Shown: in pieces, positions 38,982-53,900 of the stretch
Layout: each line of letters opens with the position of its first letter
Numbering within the stretch: the first letter of the stretch is position 1
Assembly: GCA_031414955.1 (NCBI GenBank)
Contig: JANOQV010000137.1
Location: 1 to 64,000, forward strand
DNA from: Pedosphaera sp.
Lineage (GTDB): Bacteria; Verrucomicrobiota; Verrucomicrobiia; Limisphaerales; SIBH01
Length of the DNA stretch: 64,000 nucleotides
Direction of reading: 5' to 3'
Translations under genes and position numbers: made by a program
Notes under the pieces: model-generated
Told to the model about the DNA's origin: nothing
Database searches by the model: none
What the model saw: the letters and a program-made list of their open reading frames with translations, nothing else

Positions 38982-41900
38982 ATGACTATTCGATTCGGCT
39001 TCGGCTTCTGCGCTTTGGCAGCCTGCTTATCCGCGAACGCGGCCACCTTCACCGTCACGGTCACCAACGACAGCGGGATCGGCTCACTGCGGCAGGCCAT
39101 TCTGGACGCCAATGGCAGTGTCGGCGCGGACCTCATCGACTTCAATATCGCCACCGCCACCCTCATCTCCCCGGCTAGCGCGCTGCCCATCATCGCCGAT
39201 CCGGTGACGATAGATGGCGCCACGCAACCGGGCTTCGCCGGTGTGCCGCTGATCGAGATCCAGGGACTGAGCGCGGGCGCGGCGGTCGATGGGCTGCGCA
39301 TCAGCGCCGGCAGTTGCACCATTCGCAGCCTCATCATCAACCGCTTCCCCGGCGACGGCATCGAGTTGATGACCAACGGCAACAACCTCATCGAGGGCTG
39401 CTACATCGGCACGGGGGCGTTCGGCACGAACGATCTGGGCAACACCCTCTCCGGCATCTTCGCGACGAACTCTGCCTTCAACGTCATCGGCGGCACGAAC
39501 GCCACCAACCGCAACATCATCTCCGGCAACAACCAGCAAGGCGTCCACATCGGCGGGATCAACTCGTTTGGCAATCAAGTCCTCGGCAACATCATCGGCC
39601 TCGCCGTCAACGGCAGCAACAACGTGCCCAACTCGCAGAACGGCGTGCTCGTCTTCAACGCCCGCAGCAACCTCATCGGCGGCACCGTGGCCGGCTCGCG
39701 CAACGTCATCTCCAGCAACACCGTTTCCGGCGTGCGCATCGAGAACCCCGGAGCCTGGGCCAACCAGATTCTCGGCAACTACATCGGACTCGAAATTACC
39801 GGCACCACCAATCGCGGCAACGGCGCCAACGGCGTTCACCTCATCAACGCCCCGAGCAATTTCGTCGGCAACGCCACCAGCGACGGGCGCAACGTCATCT
39901 CCGGCAACTCCACCGCCGGCATCCGCATCGAGACGGCCACGACCAATGTTGTGCAGGGCAATTACATTGGCACGGACGCCACCGGCTTGCTCGACCGCGG
40001 CAACGTGCAGGACGGCATCATCCTGATAAATGCGACCAACGCCGTCATCGGTGGCGTGAGTGCGGGCGAGGCGAACCTGATCTCCGGCAACAACGACGAC
40101 GGCATCGAACTCAACGGTGCGGGCAGCGCCTTCGTCCGCGTGCATGGCAACCTGATCGGCTCGGATGTCACCGGCACGAACGCCCTGGGCAACTCGGGCC
40201 ACGGCGTTCAATTCGCGTCCAACGCGCGCACCAACACGATTGGCGGCATTGGCGCGGGCGAGGGAAACACGATCTCCTTCAATGCGCTGGACGGCGTCTT
40301 CGTGGGTTCAGGCACAAACAACACCATTCGCGGCAACTCCATTTACTCGAACACCAACAGCCTCGGCATCGACGTGGCCGCCAATGGCGTGACCGGCAAC
40401 GACACGGGCGACGCGGACACCGGCGCGAACGAAACTCAAAACTTCCCCGTGCTGCTCTCCGCAACCAACACGCCGACCGAGACGACCGTCATCGGGACAC
40501 TGAACAGCCGCGCGAGCACCAGCTTCGAGCTCGACTTCTACTCCAGCGTGGCCGCCGACGCGACCGGCAGCGGTGAAGGCCAGGTCTATCTCGGCTCCAC
40601 CAATGTCACCACGGACGGCGGCGGCAATGGCGGCTTCACCGCCGTGCTGCCGGTCACGACGTTGACCGGCCGGTTCATTTCCGCCACGGCCACGGACCCA
40701 TTCGGAAACACGTCCGAGTTTTCGACCAATGTCGCGGCGGTGAGCACGGTGGCGGGCGTGACCTACCTCGTGACAACCACGAACGACACTGGCGCAGGTT
40801 CGTTGCGCGACGCCATCGGCCTGGCCAACACCAACCTCAGCGCGAACGACGTGATCGCCTTCAACATCGGGACGGCCACGCTCATCTCACCGGTCAGCGC
40901 GCTGCCCATCATCTCCGACTCGGTGACGATTGACGGGGCCACGCAGCCGGGCTTCGCCGGCGTACCGCTGATCGAGATCAACGGCGCGAGCGCGGGCGCG
41001 GCGGCGGACGGGCTGCGCATCAGCGCGGGCGGCTGCACCATTCGCAGCCTCATCATCAACCGCTTTCTCGGCGACGGCATTGAGTTGATGACCAACGGCA
41101 ACAACCTCATCGAGGGCTGTTACCTCGGCACGGATGCGACGGGAACCAATGATTTGGGCAACACCCTGTCGGGAGTTTTCGCCACCAACTCCGCGTTCAA
41201 TGTCATCGGCGGAACGAACGGCACCAACCGCAACGTGATTTCCGGCAACAACCAGCAGGGCGTCCACCTCGGCGGCACGAATTCGTTTGGCAACCAGGTG
41301 CTCGGCAATTTCATCGGTCTTGGTGCCGTCGGTAGCAATGCGGTGGCGAACTCGCAGAACGGCGTGCTGGTGTTCAACGCGCGCAGCAACATCATCGGCG
41401 GCACGATCTCCGGCGCGCGTAATTTTATCTCGGGCAACACCAGCGATGGCATCGAACTCACCAGTGCCACGAACAACACCATCCTGGGCAACTACCTCGG
41501 CACCGACGTGAGCGGCACGCTCGATCTGGGCAATGGGGCCGACGGCGTGCAGGTCAACACCTCCTCGCGCGGCAACGTCATCGGCGGCACGGCGACGGGC
41601 GCGGGCAACCTGATCTCCGGCAACAACAGCGACGGCATCGAACTGGCCACGGGCGCGACGACAAATCAGATTCTCGGCAACATCATCGGCGCGAACCTCA
41701 CCGGGACCAACGCGCTGGCCAACACCGCGCACGGCGTGAACCTCAGCACGACCAACAACACCATCGGAGGCGTGACGGCGGGTGCGGGCAACACGCTGGC
41801 GTTCAACGGTGGCGACGGCGTGTTCGTCCCTTCCGGCAGCAACAACGTGATTCGCGGCAACAGCCACTTCTCCAACACCGGCCTCGGCCTCGACCTCGGC

Positions 41901-44900
41901 ACGGACGGTGTGACGGTCAACGACACGGGCGACGCCGACGCAACCGCCAACCTGCTGCAAAACTTTCCCGTGCTCGCTTCCGCGACGAACACCGGGATCG
42001 ACACCACCATCATCGGCACGTTGAACAGCCGGGCCAGCGCCGCGTTCGACCTCGATTTTTATGCCAGCGTCGCGGCCGATGCGACCGGGGTCGGTGAAGG
42101 CCAGGTGTATCTCGGCTCAACCAATGTCGTCACCGACGGCAGCGGCAATGTCAGCTTCACCGCCGTCCTGCCGGTCGCGACCCTCATCGGGCGTTTCATC
42201 ACGGCCACGGTCACGGATCCCTTCGGCAACACCTCCGAGTTTTCCACCAACGTCGCGGCACTCAGCCTGGTTTCGGGCACGACCTACATCGTCACGACCA
42301 CGAACGACAGCGGTACGGGTTCTTTGCGCGAGGCCATCGGCCTGGCCAACACCAACCTCAGTGCCAACGACACGATCACGTTCAGCATCCCTGGCGCCGG
42401 AGTGCAGGTGATTCGCCCGTTAACGGCGCTGCCGGTGGTGATCGATCGGGTGACGATCGACGGCACCACGCAGCCGGGCGCGAGTTGCGCGACCACCGCG
42501 ACGAATTTCGACGGGACGATTCTGATTCGGATTGACGGCACGGGATTACCGGCGGGCAGCGACGGCCTGCGCTTCAGCGCCAGCGGGAACACGGTGCGCG
42601 GATTGCAGATCGTTGGGTACAGTGGAGACGGCCTGGAGTTTACCAACGGCGTCGGCAGCGTGGTCGAGTGCAGCCTTATCGGCATCACTCACACCAATAC
42701 GGCGCTGGCCAATGGCAACGGCATTCACTTCAACACGTCGGGCGGTAATCGCGTCGGCGGCACGAACGCCTCCCAGCGCAACGTGATTTCCGGCAACACC
42801 ACCAGCGGCATCCGCATCGCGGGCGCGAGTTCGTCGTTCAACGAAATCCTCGGCAACTTCATCGGCCTGCAGCTTTCCGGGGCGACGAACCGGGCGAACG
42901 GGGCCGATGGCATCCTCATCAGCACCTCACACTCGAACACCATCGGCGGGACCATCTCCGGCTCCCGCAATTACATCTCCGGCAACACCGGCGACGGCAT
43001 GGAGATCAACACCTCGACCAACAACACCGTGCTCGGCAATTACCTCGGTACCGACGTGAGCGGCACGCTCGACCTCGGCAACACCATCGCGGGCGTGCTC
43101 CTCAACGGTTCGTCCTCATTCAACCTGATCGGCGGCGACACGGCGGCGGCGCGCAACCTCATCTCTGGCAACAACGGCGGCGGCGTGCAGATCAACTCCG
43201 CACCCTCGACGTTGAATCAGGTGCTGGGCAACTGGATTGGCGTGAACGCGACCGGAACGAATGCGCTGCCGAACACCGGCCACGGCGTCGAGATCACGGC
43301 GGGACGCGGCAATGTCATCGGCGGCACCAACAGCGGTGCGGGCAACGTCATCGCCTTCAACACCCTCGATGGCGTGAACAACCCGACGGCCACGCACACC
43401 AACAACGTCATTCGCGGCAACAGCATCTACTCGAACGGGGATCTCGGCATCGACCTCGCGGTCGCCGGAGTGACGGGCAACGATACGGGTGATGCCGACG
43501 CGGGCGCGAACTTCTCGCAAAACTTCCCGGTGCTCACGGCGGTGACGAACTCCGGCGCGGGCACGGAGATTTGGGGCACGCTGAACAGCGCGGCCGGCAC
43601 GACCTTCTCCCTCGACTTCTACTCCAGCGTGGCCGCCGACCCGACCGGACTGGGCGAAGGCCAGTTCTATCTCGGCTCGACCAACGTGACGACCGATGGC
43701 GGCGGCAACATGAGCTTCGTGGTCACGCTGCCGGTGTTGACGCTGACGGGCCGCTTCATCAGCGCCACGGCCACCGATCCCTTTGGCAACACCTCTGAGT
43801 TTTCCACCAACTCCGTGGCGGTCAGCACGGTGGTCGGCGCGACCTACATCGTGACGACGACGAACGACTCGGGCGCGGGATCGTTGCGCGAGGCCATTCA
43901 ACTCGCCAACGCCAACATCAGTGCGCTGGACACCATCACCTTCAGCATCCCCGGCGCGGGCGTGCAGGTCATTCAGCCCGCCACGGCGCTACCGCTGGTG
44001 AGCGACCCGGTGACGTTCGACGGCACCACGCAGCCCGGCGCGAGCGGCCCGACTTCGCCGACCAACTTCGACGGGACGATTCTCATCCGGCTGGTGGGCA
44101 CCGGCCTGCCTGCCGGCACGGATGGACTCCGGTTCACCCTGGGCGGGAATACGGTGCGTGGTTTGCAGATCGTGGGCTTTGCCGGGGCGAACAGCGATGG
44201 ACTGGAATTCACCAACGGCGTGGGCAACGTCATCGAGTGCAACCTCATCGGCATCACGGACACGAACACGGCGCTGGCCAACAACGTCGGCGTGCATTTC
44301 AACACCTCGGGTGGCAATCGTGTGGGCGGCACGAACGCCGCGCAGCGCAACGTCATTTCAGGGAACAGCACGAGCGGCCTCCGGATCACCGGGGCAAGTT
44401 CGTCCTTCAACGAGGTGCTGGGCAATTTCATCGGCTTGCAGCTTTCGGGCGCGACCAACCGCCCCAATGGCAACGACGGCATCCTCATCACCGGTTCCCA
44501 CTCAAACGTGATCGGCGGCACCATCGCCGGCTCCCGCAATTACATTTCTGGCAACAACAGCCAGGGCCTCGAGATCAGCGGCAGCTCCACGAACAATGCC
44601 GTGCTCGGCAATTACGTCGGCACGGATGTCTCCGGCACGCTCGATCTTGGCAACACTGCCGATGGCATTCTCATCAGCGCGGCTTCGTTCAACCGCATTG
44701 GCGGCGTCGGCGCGGGCAATCTCATCTCCGGCAACAACGGTGATGGCGTGCAGATTTCCAGCACATCCGTCGGCAATGAACTTTTCGGCAACATCATCGG
44801 CGCGGATGTCACCGGCCTGGGCGGCCGGGCGAACAATGGTTCCGGCGTGAACATCGCCGCCGGCTCGACCAACACCGTCGGTGGCGTGGCGGCGGGCGCG

Positions 44901-47900
44901 GGCAACCTCATCGCGTTCAATGGCGCGGACGGCGTCGTCGTCAGCGGCGCGACCACCACGAACAACGCGGTGCGCGGCAACAGCATTTTCTCCAACGGCA
45001 CGACCACAGCGGAACTCGGCATCGAACTCTCCGGTTCCAACGGCGTGAACGCGAACGATGCGGGCGACACGGACACCGGCGCGAACCGGCTCCAGAATTT
45101 CCCCCTCCTCAGCACGGCCACGAACTCGCTCTCGGGCACGGAGATTTGGGGCGCGTTGAACAGCACCGCCAGCACGACCTTCGACCTCGACTTCTACTCC
45201 AACGTGGCCTGCGACACGGCGGGCCATGGCGAGGGGCAGGTTTATCTCGGCTCCGGCACCGCCAGCACGGACGGCGGGGGCAACGTGAGTTTCACCATCA
45301 CTGTGCCGACGGTCACGCTGGTCGGACGCTACCTCACGGCCACGGCCACGGACCCGTTCAAGAACACTTCGGAGTTTTCGCCGTGCCTCGCGGTGGTCAG
45401 CACCATTGCCGGTGCCACCTACACCGTGGTGAACACGAACGACGCCGGCAGCGGCTCATTGCGCGACGCCATCACGCAGGCCAACACCAACATCAGCGCC
45501 CTGGACACCATCGAGTTCAGCATCGCCAGCGCGGGCGTGAAGGTCATCCGCCCGCTCACCGCGCTGCCGACCATCATCGACGCCGTGACGATTGACGGCA
45601 CGACGCAGCCGGGCGCGAGCTGCCCCGCGAGCAGCACGGTGTTCGACGGCACGGTGTTGATCCGCCTCGACGGCACAGGCCTGCCTGCGAGCACGGACGG
45701 CCTGCGCTTCACCATCGGCGACAACACCGTGCGCGGTTTGCAGATCGTGAACTTCTCCGGCGACGGCATCGAGCTGGCCGGCGGCAACGGGAGCGTGATC
45801 GAGTGCAACCTCATCGGCATCAGCGAGGCGGGCGCGGACTTGGGCAACGCCAACGGCATCCATCTCTCGGCCTCCGGCGGCAATCGCATCGGCGGCACGA
45901 ACGCCGCCGCGAAGAACGTGATCTCCGGCAACAGCACCGGCGCGCGGGCCGCCTCCAGCGTGTCGTCCTTCAATCAGGTGCTCGGCAACATCATCGGCCT
46001 GAACCTCACCGGCTCGGCCATCGTGGCGAACAGCGACGGCGTTTTCCTCAGCACTTCGCACAGCAACACGGTTGGCGGTGCGGTCGCGAGCGCGCGCAAC
46101 GTCATCTCCGGCAATGCCGTGGGTGTGCAAATCAGTTCCTCCTCCACCAACAATCTCATCCAGGGCAACTACATCGGCACCGACGTGACCGGCACGCTCG
46201 ACCTGGGCCAGACCGGCGATGGCGTGAACATTTCCGCCTCCGCGCTCAACACCGTCGGCGGCGCGGGCGCGGGCGAAGGCAACGTCATCTCCGGCAACGG
46301 CAGTGATGGTGTGGAGATTGCCACCTCGGGCAGCGTGACCAACCGCGTCCTGGGCAACCGCATCGGCACCGACCTCACCGGTGCGCTGGCACTGGGCAAC
46401 AACGTCAACGGTGTGCTCATCTCCGCCAACGTGCGCGACTCCATCATCGGTGCGGTCGGCGCGGGCAACCTCATCGCGTTCAACGGCGGGGACGGCGTGG
46501 CCATCGCCAACAACACGGCCACCACCAACCACGCCATCCGCGCCAACCTCATCTACTCCAATGGCGACCTCGCCATCGACCTCGGCGCGAACGGAGTGAC
46601 GAGCAACGACGCGAACGACACGGACACCGGGGTGAACGGACTGCAAAACTTCCCGGTGCTCACGGCGGCGACCAACACGACGAACGGCGTGACGATTGAA
46701 GGCACGTTGAACAGTCGCCCCAGCACGAGCTACGAGATCGATTTCTTCTCCACCACGCTGCCGGATGCGAGCGGGCACGGCGAAGCGCAGCAATACCTCG
46801 GCAGCACCACGGCCGTCACCGACGGCAGCGGCAACGTCAGCTTCAGCGCCGCGTTTGGCACGGTGCTGACCAATCGCTACGTCACGGCCAGCGCCACCGA
46901 TCCGCTGGGCAACTCTTCCGAGCTGGCCCTATGCCTGGCCGCGGCGAGCACGATTGCCAGTTCCAACTTCGTGGTCATTACCAATGCGGACAGTGGCGCC
47001 GGCTCGCTGCGCGAGGCCATCCTGCTGGCGAACTCCTGGATCTCGGAATCAAACGACACGATCTCGTTCAACATTTCGGGGGCTGGCCCGCGCACGATTT
47101 CACCGACGAGCGCTTTGCCCATCATCAGCGACGGCGTGACCATCGATGGCCTCACGCAACCGGGCGCGAGCGCGAACACGTTGAGCAACGGCCACGACGC
47201 CGTGCTGCTCATCCGGCTCATCGGCTCCAGTGCGGGCGCCGGTGTGGATGGACTGAGCGTGCAGGCTTCGGGGACGGTGATTCGCGGATTGATGATCGGC
47301 GGCTGGGGCGGCGACGGCGTGGAAATCTCGCGGGGCAGCGGCTCGACGGTGGCGGGCTGCCATATCGGTCTCGAGGTGGACGGCACCACTCTGGCAGCCA
47401 ACGCCAGTGCCGGCGTGCGCATCACGAGCACACTCACGGGTGGAAACACCGTCGGCGGAACGACAGTCGGGGCGCGCAATCTGATTTCCGGCAATGCCTA
47501 CGGTGTGCTGGTGAGTTCCTCGCCCTTGAACACCATGGCCGGCAATTGCATCGGCACGGATGCCGGCGGCACGCTCGACCGGGGCAACTCGGTCAACGGC
47601 ATTTACCTGCTCAACTCCTCCTCGAACGTGATCGGTGGGACGGTGGGCTTTTCCGGCAACCTGATTTCCGGGAATGGCGACGGTTCGATCAACGATCACG
47701 GCATCGACATCGACAACGGCGGGTTTAACCGCATCGAAGGCAACCGCATCGGCACCACGGCCTCCGGCACGGCGGCGCTGCCCAACACCGGCGCGGGCAT
47801 CAACTTCGACGGCACCGCCGGCACGAACACCATTGGCGGATCGAGTGCGGCGGCGCGCAATCTCATCTCGGGCAACTTCGCGCGCGGCATCGACCTCATC

Positions 47901-50900
47901 TCCAGTTCGGCGCGCGGCAATGTGATCCAGGGCAACTACGTCGGCACGGACCTCACCGGCACGACGGCGATTCCAAACTTCAATGGCGGCGTCGAGGTCA
48001 CGGCGCTCGACACGACCATCGGCGGCTCCGGCGCGGGCGAGGGCAATCTCCTTTCCGGCAACAGCGGCAACGGTCTCTCCATCGGCTGCTGCTCGGGCAA
48101 CAACACGGTGGTTCGTGGCAACAAGATCGGCACGGACGTGACCGGGACACTGGCGTTGCCGAACAGTGCCGAAGGCATCTACGTTTTCTCGGACGTGAAC
48201 ACGCTCGGCGGCACCAACGCCGGGGAAGGAAACCTCATTGCCTTCAACACTGGCGGGGGCATCGCGGTTTACTCCGGGGCGGATCGCACCGCCATCCTGG
48301 GCAACTCGATCCATTCCAACACCGGCCTGGGCATCGACCTGAACGACAACGGCGTCACGCTCAACGACGCCGGCGATCCGGACACGGGCGCGAACAATCT
48401 CCAGAATTATCCGGCTCTCAGCCGGGCGGCCATCGGTCCCGTGGACACGCAGGTCGCCGGCACCTTGAACAGCCGATCCAACAGCAGCTACCGGCTGGAG
48501 TTTTTCCTCAACACCGCCGCCGACAGCTCCGGCTACGGCGAGGGGCAGACTTTCCTCGTGGCCACGAATGTGACCACCGACGCCAGCGGCAATGCGCCCA
48601 TCGACGTGACCTTCGCGGGCCTGCTGACCACGAATAGCTTCATCACCGCCACCGCCACCGACACGAACAACAACACTTCCGAGTTTTCCGCGAGCCGGCG
48701 GCTGGTGGTTTTCGACACGGTGGACCTGGCGTTGGCCATGACGGAGTCGGCCGACCCGGCGGCCATCGTCTCGAACGTCACTTACACGATCACGATCACA
48801 AACAACGGACCGACCAACGCCACGGGCGTCTTCGTGACCAACACGCTGCCGGCGGGCGTCGCGGTTCTCAGCAGCACGCCTTCGCAGGGCACTTGTTCGA
48901 GCAACAATGGCATGGTGGTGTGCAACCTCGGCACGATCAACGACCAGGCGGGCGCGAGCGTCATGCTCGTGCTGGCTCCTTTAGCCACGGGTTTCATCAC
49001 CAACAGCGCGCTCGTAGTCTCGACCGAAGTGGACAACGACCCGACAAACAACACGGCCACCCAATCCACCTTCGTCGGCGTGGCGGACTTGCAAATCACC
49101 CGCGCGCTCTCGACCAACGCGCCGGTGGCCGGGCAGCCGTTGAGCTACCTCGTGGGCGTGAGCAACCAGGGGCCGGACACGGTTTCGAGCGCAACGCTCT
49201 ATTACAACGTGGACTCGTTCAACACGGTGGTCGTGGGCGGCAGCATTTCGCAGGGCAGCTTCAGCCAGTTGTCCGGAAGTTTTACCGCCAGCTTCGGCGC
49301 GGTCGCGGCCGGGGCCACGGCCACGCTGACCATCAATGTGCTTCCCATCGAGGCTGTCACGATTTTCGACAACGGCAGCATCACGCTGCCGGAGTACGAC
49401 GCTTTCACGGGCAACGGACGCAGTTTCACCAATGGCTCGGTGACGGTGCTGGGCGGGACGGGCGTGGTGGAATTCGCGGAATCTCAATATTTCGTCAACG
49501 AGAGTGGGGGTTCCGTTCTGCTCACCGTGCAGCGGCTAGGTGGGTCGGCCGGCACGGTCACGGTGGACTTTGCCACTTCCAATCTCACCGCCACGGCGGG
49601 CAGCGACTTCACCGCGACCAACGCCACGCTCACCTTCACCAACGGCGAGACGGTGAAGATCATCGCCGTATCCATCACGGAGGACTTCACGCCGGAGTGC
49701 AACGAGGACTTCGCCGCCTGGCTCTCCAACCCGACCGGCGGCGCGGTCATTCTGCGGAACACCAACACGCTCGTGACCCTCTTCGACAACGACTTCACGC
49801 TCACGGGCGACCTGGCGGTGGCTTCACGCGCCGGGACGAATGTGATCACCACGGCGATCTGGGATGATTCCTATCAGCCGTCCATCAGCGCGGACGGGCG
49901 TTATGTGGCGTTCTACAGCGGGGCCATCAACCTCACGACCAACTTCACGGACTACAACAACAACGTCTTCGTGCGCGACTTGCAGGCGGGCACCACCGTG
50001 CTGGCCAGCGTGAACGCGGGCGGCACCGATGGCGGCAATGACGGCACGGGCTTTCCCCAGATCAGCGGCGACGGGCGGACGGTGGTCTTTGAAAGCTACG
50101 CGTCGGACATGGTGGCCGGGGACACCAACGGCGTCCGCGACGTGTTCGCGCGCGTGTTGACGAACAGCACTCCCGTGCTGGTCAGCGTGAGCACCAACGG
50201 CGGCCCGGCCAACGACCAGTCGTGGCTGGACCTGGCTTACGGCAGTTTCGGCCTGCACGCGGTCAGCACCAATGGCCGCATCGTCCTCTTCCGCAGCCCG
50301 GCCACCGACCTGACTCCCGGTGTGACCAATGGCCTCGGCCTGTCGCACATCTATGCCCGCGACCTGGCCTCCAACCAAACCAGTCTGGTCAGCATCGACC
50401 TGGCCGGCACGGGCGAGGCCAGCCACAGTTCCGCCACGCCGACCTTGAGCGAGGACGGAGTGATGGCGGCTTTCACGAGCAGCGCGACCAACGTGGTCGC
50501 CCTCGCCGACCTCAATGGCACGGGCGATGTCTTCCTCCGCAATCTCACCAACGACACCACCGTGCTCGTGAGCGTGAACACCGGCGGCACGGCGGCGGGC
50601 AACAGTTCCTCCGGCGATTACATCGTCGTGAGCGGCGACGGACGGTATGTGGTCTTCGAAAGCACCGCCAGCGACCTCACGACCAACGGCTACCCTGGAT
50701 TCGTGCAAAACATTTTCTGGCGCGACACCGTCGCGGGTGTGACGCGGCTGGTCAGCGTGTCCACCAACGGCGTGGACTCGGGCAACGACAGCGGCTGGCC
50801 TGCGGCGGTGAGCCGCGACGGGCGTTACGTCCTCTTCACCAGCCGGGCCGATGATCTGGTGGCGGGCGACAACAATTTCGATTACGACGTGTTCCTGCGC

Positions 50901-53900
50901 GACATGACGACGGACACGACCACGCTGGTGAGCGTGAACCTCGCCGCCACCGGGCCGGGTGACGATTACTCCGAGGGCGTGTCCATGAGCGCGGACGGGC
51001 GCCATCTTGTCTTCTACAGCTACTCGACCAATCTCACGGCGGGCACCGTGCAAGGCTATCAGGAGGTTTATGTGCGCGACCGCGTGGCTGGCACGACCAC
51101 GCTGATCAGCCGGCGCTCCGGCACGGCGGACGGACCGGACGACTACTCCTATGCCCCCGTCATCAGCAGCGATGCCGATGTGGTGGCGTACTACAGTTAC
51201 AGCACGGACATCGCGCCGCCGGACTTCAACTACAGCTACGATGTGTTCGCCTTCGACCTGTCCATCGGCACCAACGAACTGGTCAGCGTCGGCACGGGCA
51301 CCACCGGCAACGACTATTCCTACGACCAGACCATCAACACCAACGGCACGTTGGTCGCCTTCACGAGCTACGCCTGGAATCTGGTCGGCGGCGACCTCAA
51401 CTTCGGCGACCGGGATGTGTTCCTCTACAATGTGACCAATGGCACGACCGCGCTCATCAGCGTCAACACCAACGGCCTGGCCGGCAATGACGGCTCGGCA
51501 GCGCCCCAGCTTTCCGCCAGCGGGCGCTACGTGGCCTTCTCCAGCCGGGCCAGCGACCTGGTGAGCGGCGACACGAATTTCAGTGGGGATATTTTCCGTC
51601 GCGACACGGTGGCGGGCATCACCGTGTTGGTAAGCGTGAACCAGACCGGCAGCGGCAGCGGCAACAGCGTCTCCGAAGACCCGCGCCTCACACCGGACGG
51701 CCGTTACGTGGCTTTCGAGAGTTACGCCTCCAACCTCGCGACCAACCTCACCGGTGGTTACTACAACATTTTCCTGCGCGATCTGAGCAACAGCGCGCCG
51801 GAGTTGATCTCCGTGGGCGCAGGCGGGGCCGCGCCCAACGGCGATTCCGCGGACGAGTCGCTCAGTGATGACGGGCGCTTCGTAGCCTTCGAGAGTTATG
51901 CCAACAATCTTGGGCCGGCGGACAGCGGTGCCGTCCTCGATGTGTATGTGCGCGACCGGCTGACCGGCACGAACATCTTGTGCAGCGTGAATACCAACGG
52001 CACGGGCGGCGGCGATGGGGAATCCTTTGACGTCATCCTGAGCGCGAACGGGCGCTTCATCGTCTTCGAGAGCACGGCGGGCAATCTCGTGACGGGCGAT
52101 ACCAACGGCACGACGGACATTTTTGCCTACGACACGACCCTTGGCACCCTGCAACTGGTCAGTGTCACCGCCGGCGGACGCACCGGCAACGGTGCCTCCT
52201 TCCTCCAATACAACCGCCTCAACAGCAGCATGACACCCGATGGGCGCTACGTGGCGTTCCAGAGTACGGCCAGCGATCTGGTCGGCAACGACGGCAACGG
52301 TGCGGGGCAAGACATTTTCGTCCGCGATCTCGTGGCCGGGACCACGGCCCTCGTCAGCGTCAATTGCAGCGCCACCGGCAGTGGCGACGGCGATTCCTAC
52401 GACCCGACCCTCAGCGCGGACGGGCGCTTCGTGGCCTTCGAGAGTTATTCCGGGAATCTCGTGGCCGGGGAATTCATCCCCGGCGAGGAAAACATTTTCC
52501 GCCGCGACCTCTTCACCGGCACGACCGAACTGGTGAGCCGCAACCGCGGCCTGACCGGTGGCGGCATCTGGAGCAGTTGGTCCGCGATCATCAGCGCCGA
52601 CGGCAGCGGCATCACCTTCGCCAGCTACGCCTACGATCTGGTCAATCAGGATCTCAACGACACGGACGACGTCTTCGTCTGGAGCGGCCTGGTGATTCCG
52701 ACCAGCAACTGTCCGCCCGTTGTCGCTTCGCAGCCACAAAACCGCTCGGCCAGTTCGGGCGACAACACGTCCTTCAACGTCACGGTCAACAGTTGCGGCG
52801 CGAGTTTCTATCAATGGTATTTCAATGGAACGCCCCTCCTCGGGGCCAACGCGGCCACGCTCTCGCTGCTCGGTGTGGACTGCTCCGAGGCTGGCGGCTA
52901 CAGCGTGGTCCTGTCCAATCTCTACGGTGCGGCCACCAGCTCGGTCGCCACGCTCACCATCACGAACAACGCGCCCGCCCTGCTCTCGCCCGGTGGCGTG
53001 CTGGCGGCCGCAGCGCAAATGGAATGCACCAGCCTCATCCTGGCGGGCGGCGCGGCGTATTACTGGAATCTGACCAACGCCACGGGCACGGCCGGCATCG
53101 GCTGGGATCTGGTGGGTGTGCCCGGCGGGGTCGATGTGCAGGCCACGTCCTCGAACCAGTTCACCCTCCACCTCATCTCGCTCCACGGCGGCGCGGGCGG
53201 CCCGGCGGCGAACTTCGATTACAACGTCACCTCGACCTGGAACATCGTGACCTCCACCGCGCCGGTGACGAACTTCAGCGCCGCCGCCTTCGCAGTGAAC
53301 ACCACGCTGTTCTCAAATGATCTCGCGGGTGGTGTGTTCGGCGTCGAGGAGGGTTCCATCCGTCTGCGCTTCGATCCGAACCATGCGCCCCTCGCCGGCA
53401 CCATGATCACGACGCGGCACAGGAACGCCTCGCTCAAGATTAACATCGCCAGTCTGCTCACCAACACCACGGACCCGGATGGCGATGTGCGCACCCTGCT
53501 CAGTGTGGGCGCGACCAGCACCAACGGCGTGCCCATCACCTTCAACGCCACGAACATTCTCTATCCGAACGCGACAAACAACGTGGCCGACCGCATCAGC
53601 TACACGGTGCGCGACGTGCGCGCGGCCTATCGCGCCGGCGACACGGTGCGAACGGCGACTGGATTCATCGACATCAGCATCGCCGAACCGGCGGGCACGA
53701 ATTTCAACATCGTGTCCATCACCATCACCAGCGGCATCCCGACCATCGTGTTCGCCGGCATCCCCGGCTACGCCTACGACGTGCAGCGGACCACGAACCT
53801 GGTGCCGCCCGTGGCCTGGAGCTCTTTGTGGACGACCAACGCGCCGACCAACGGCCTGTTCCAGTTCACCGATCCCAGCCCGCCGACCAACTCGGCCTTC

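Noticed and set aside
49824..53186. 1120-aa minus-strand ORF and similar long antisense ORFs (10768-12573, 18797-20089, 45456-46793, 47100-48314)
   Set aside because: Codon-aligned shadows of real high-GC genes on the opposite strand, with no recognisable motifs.
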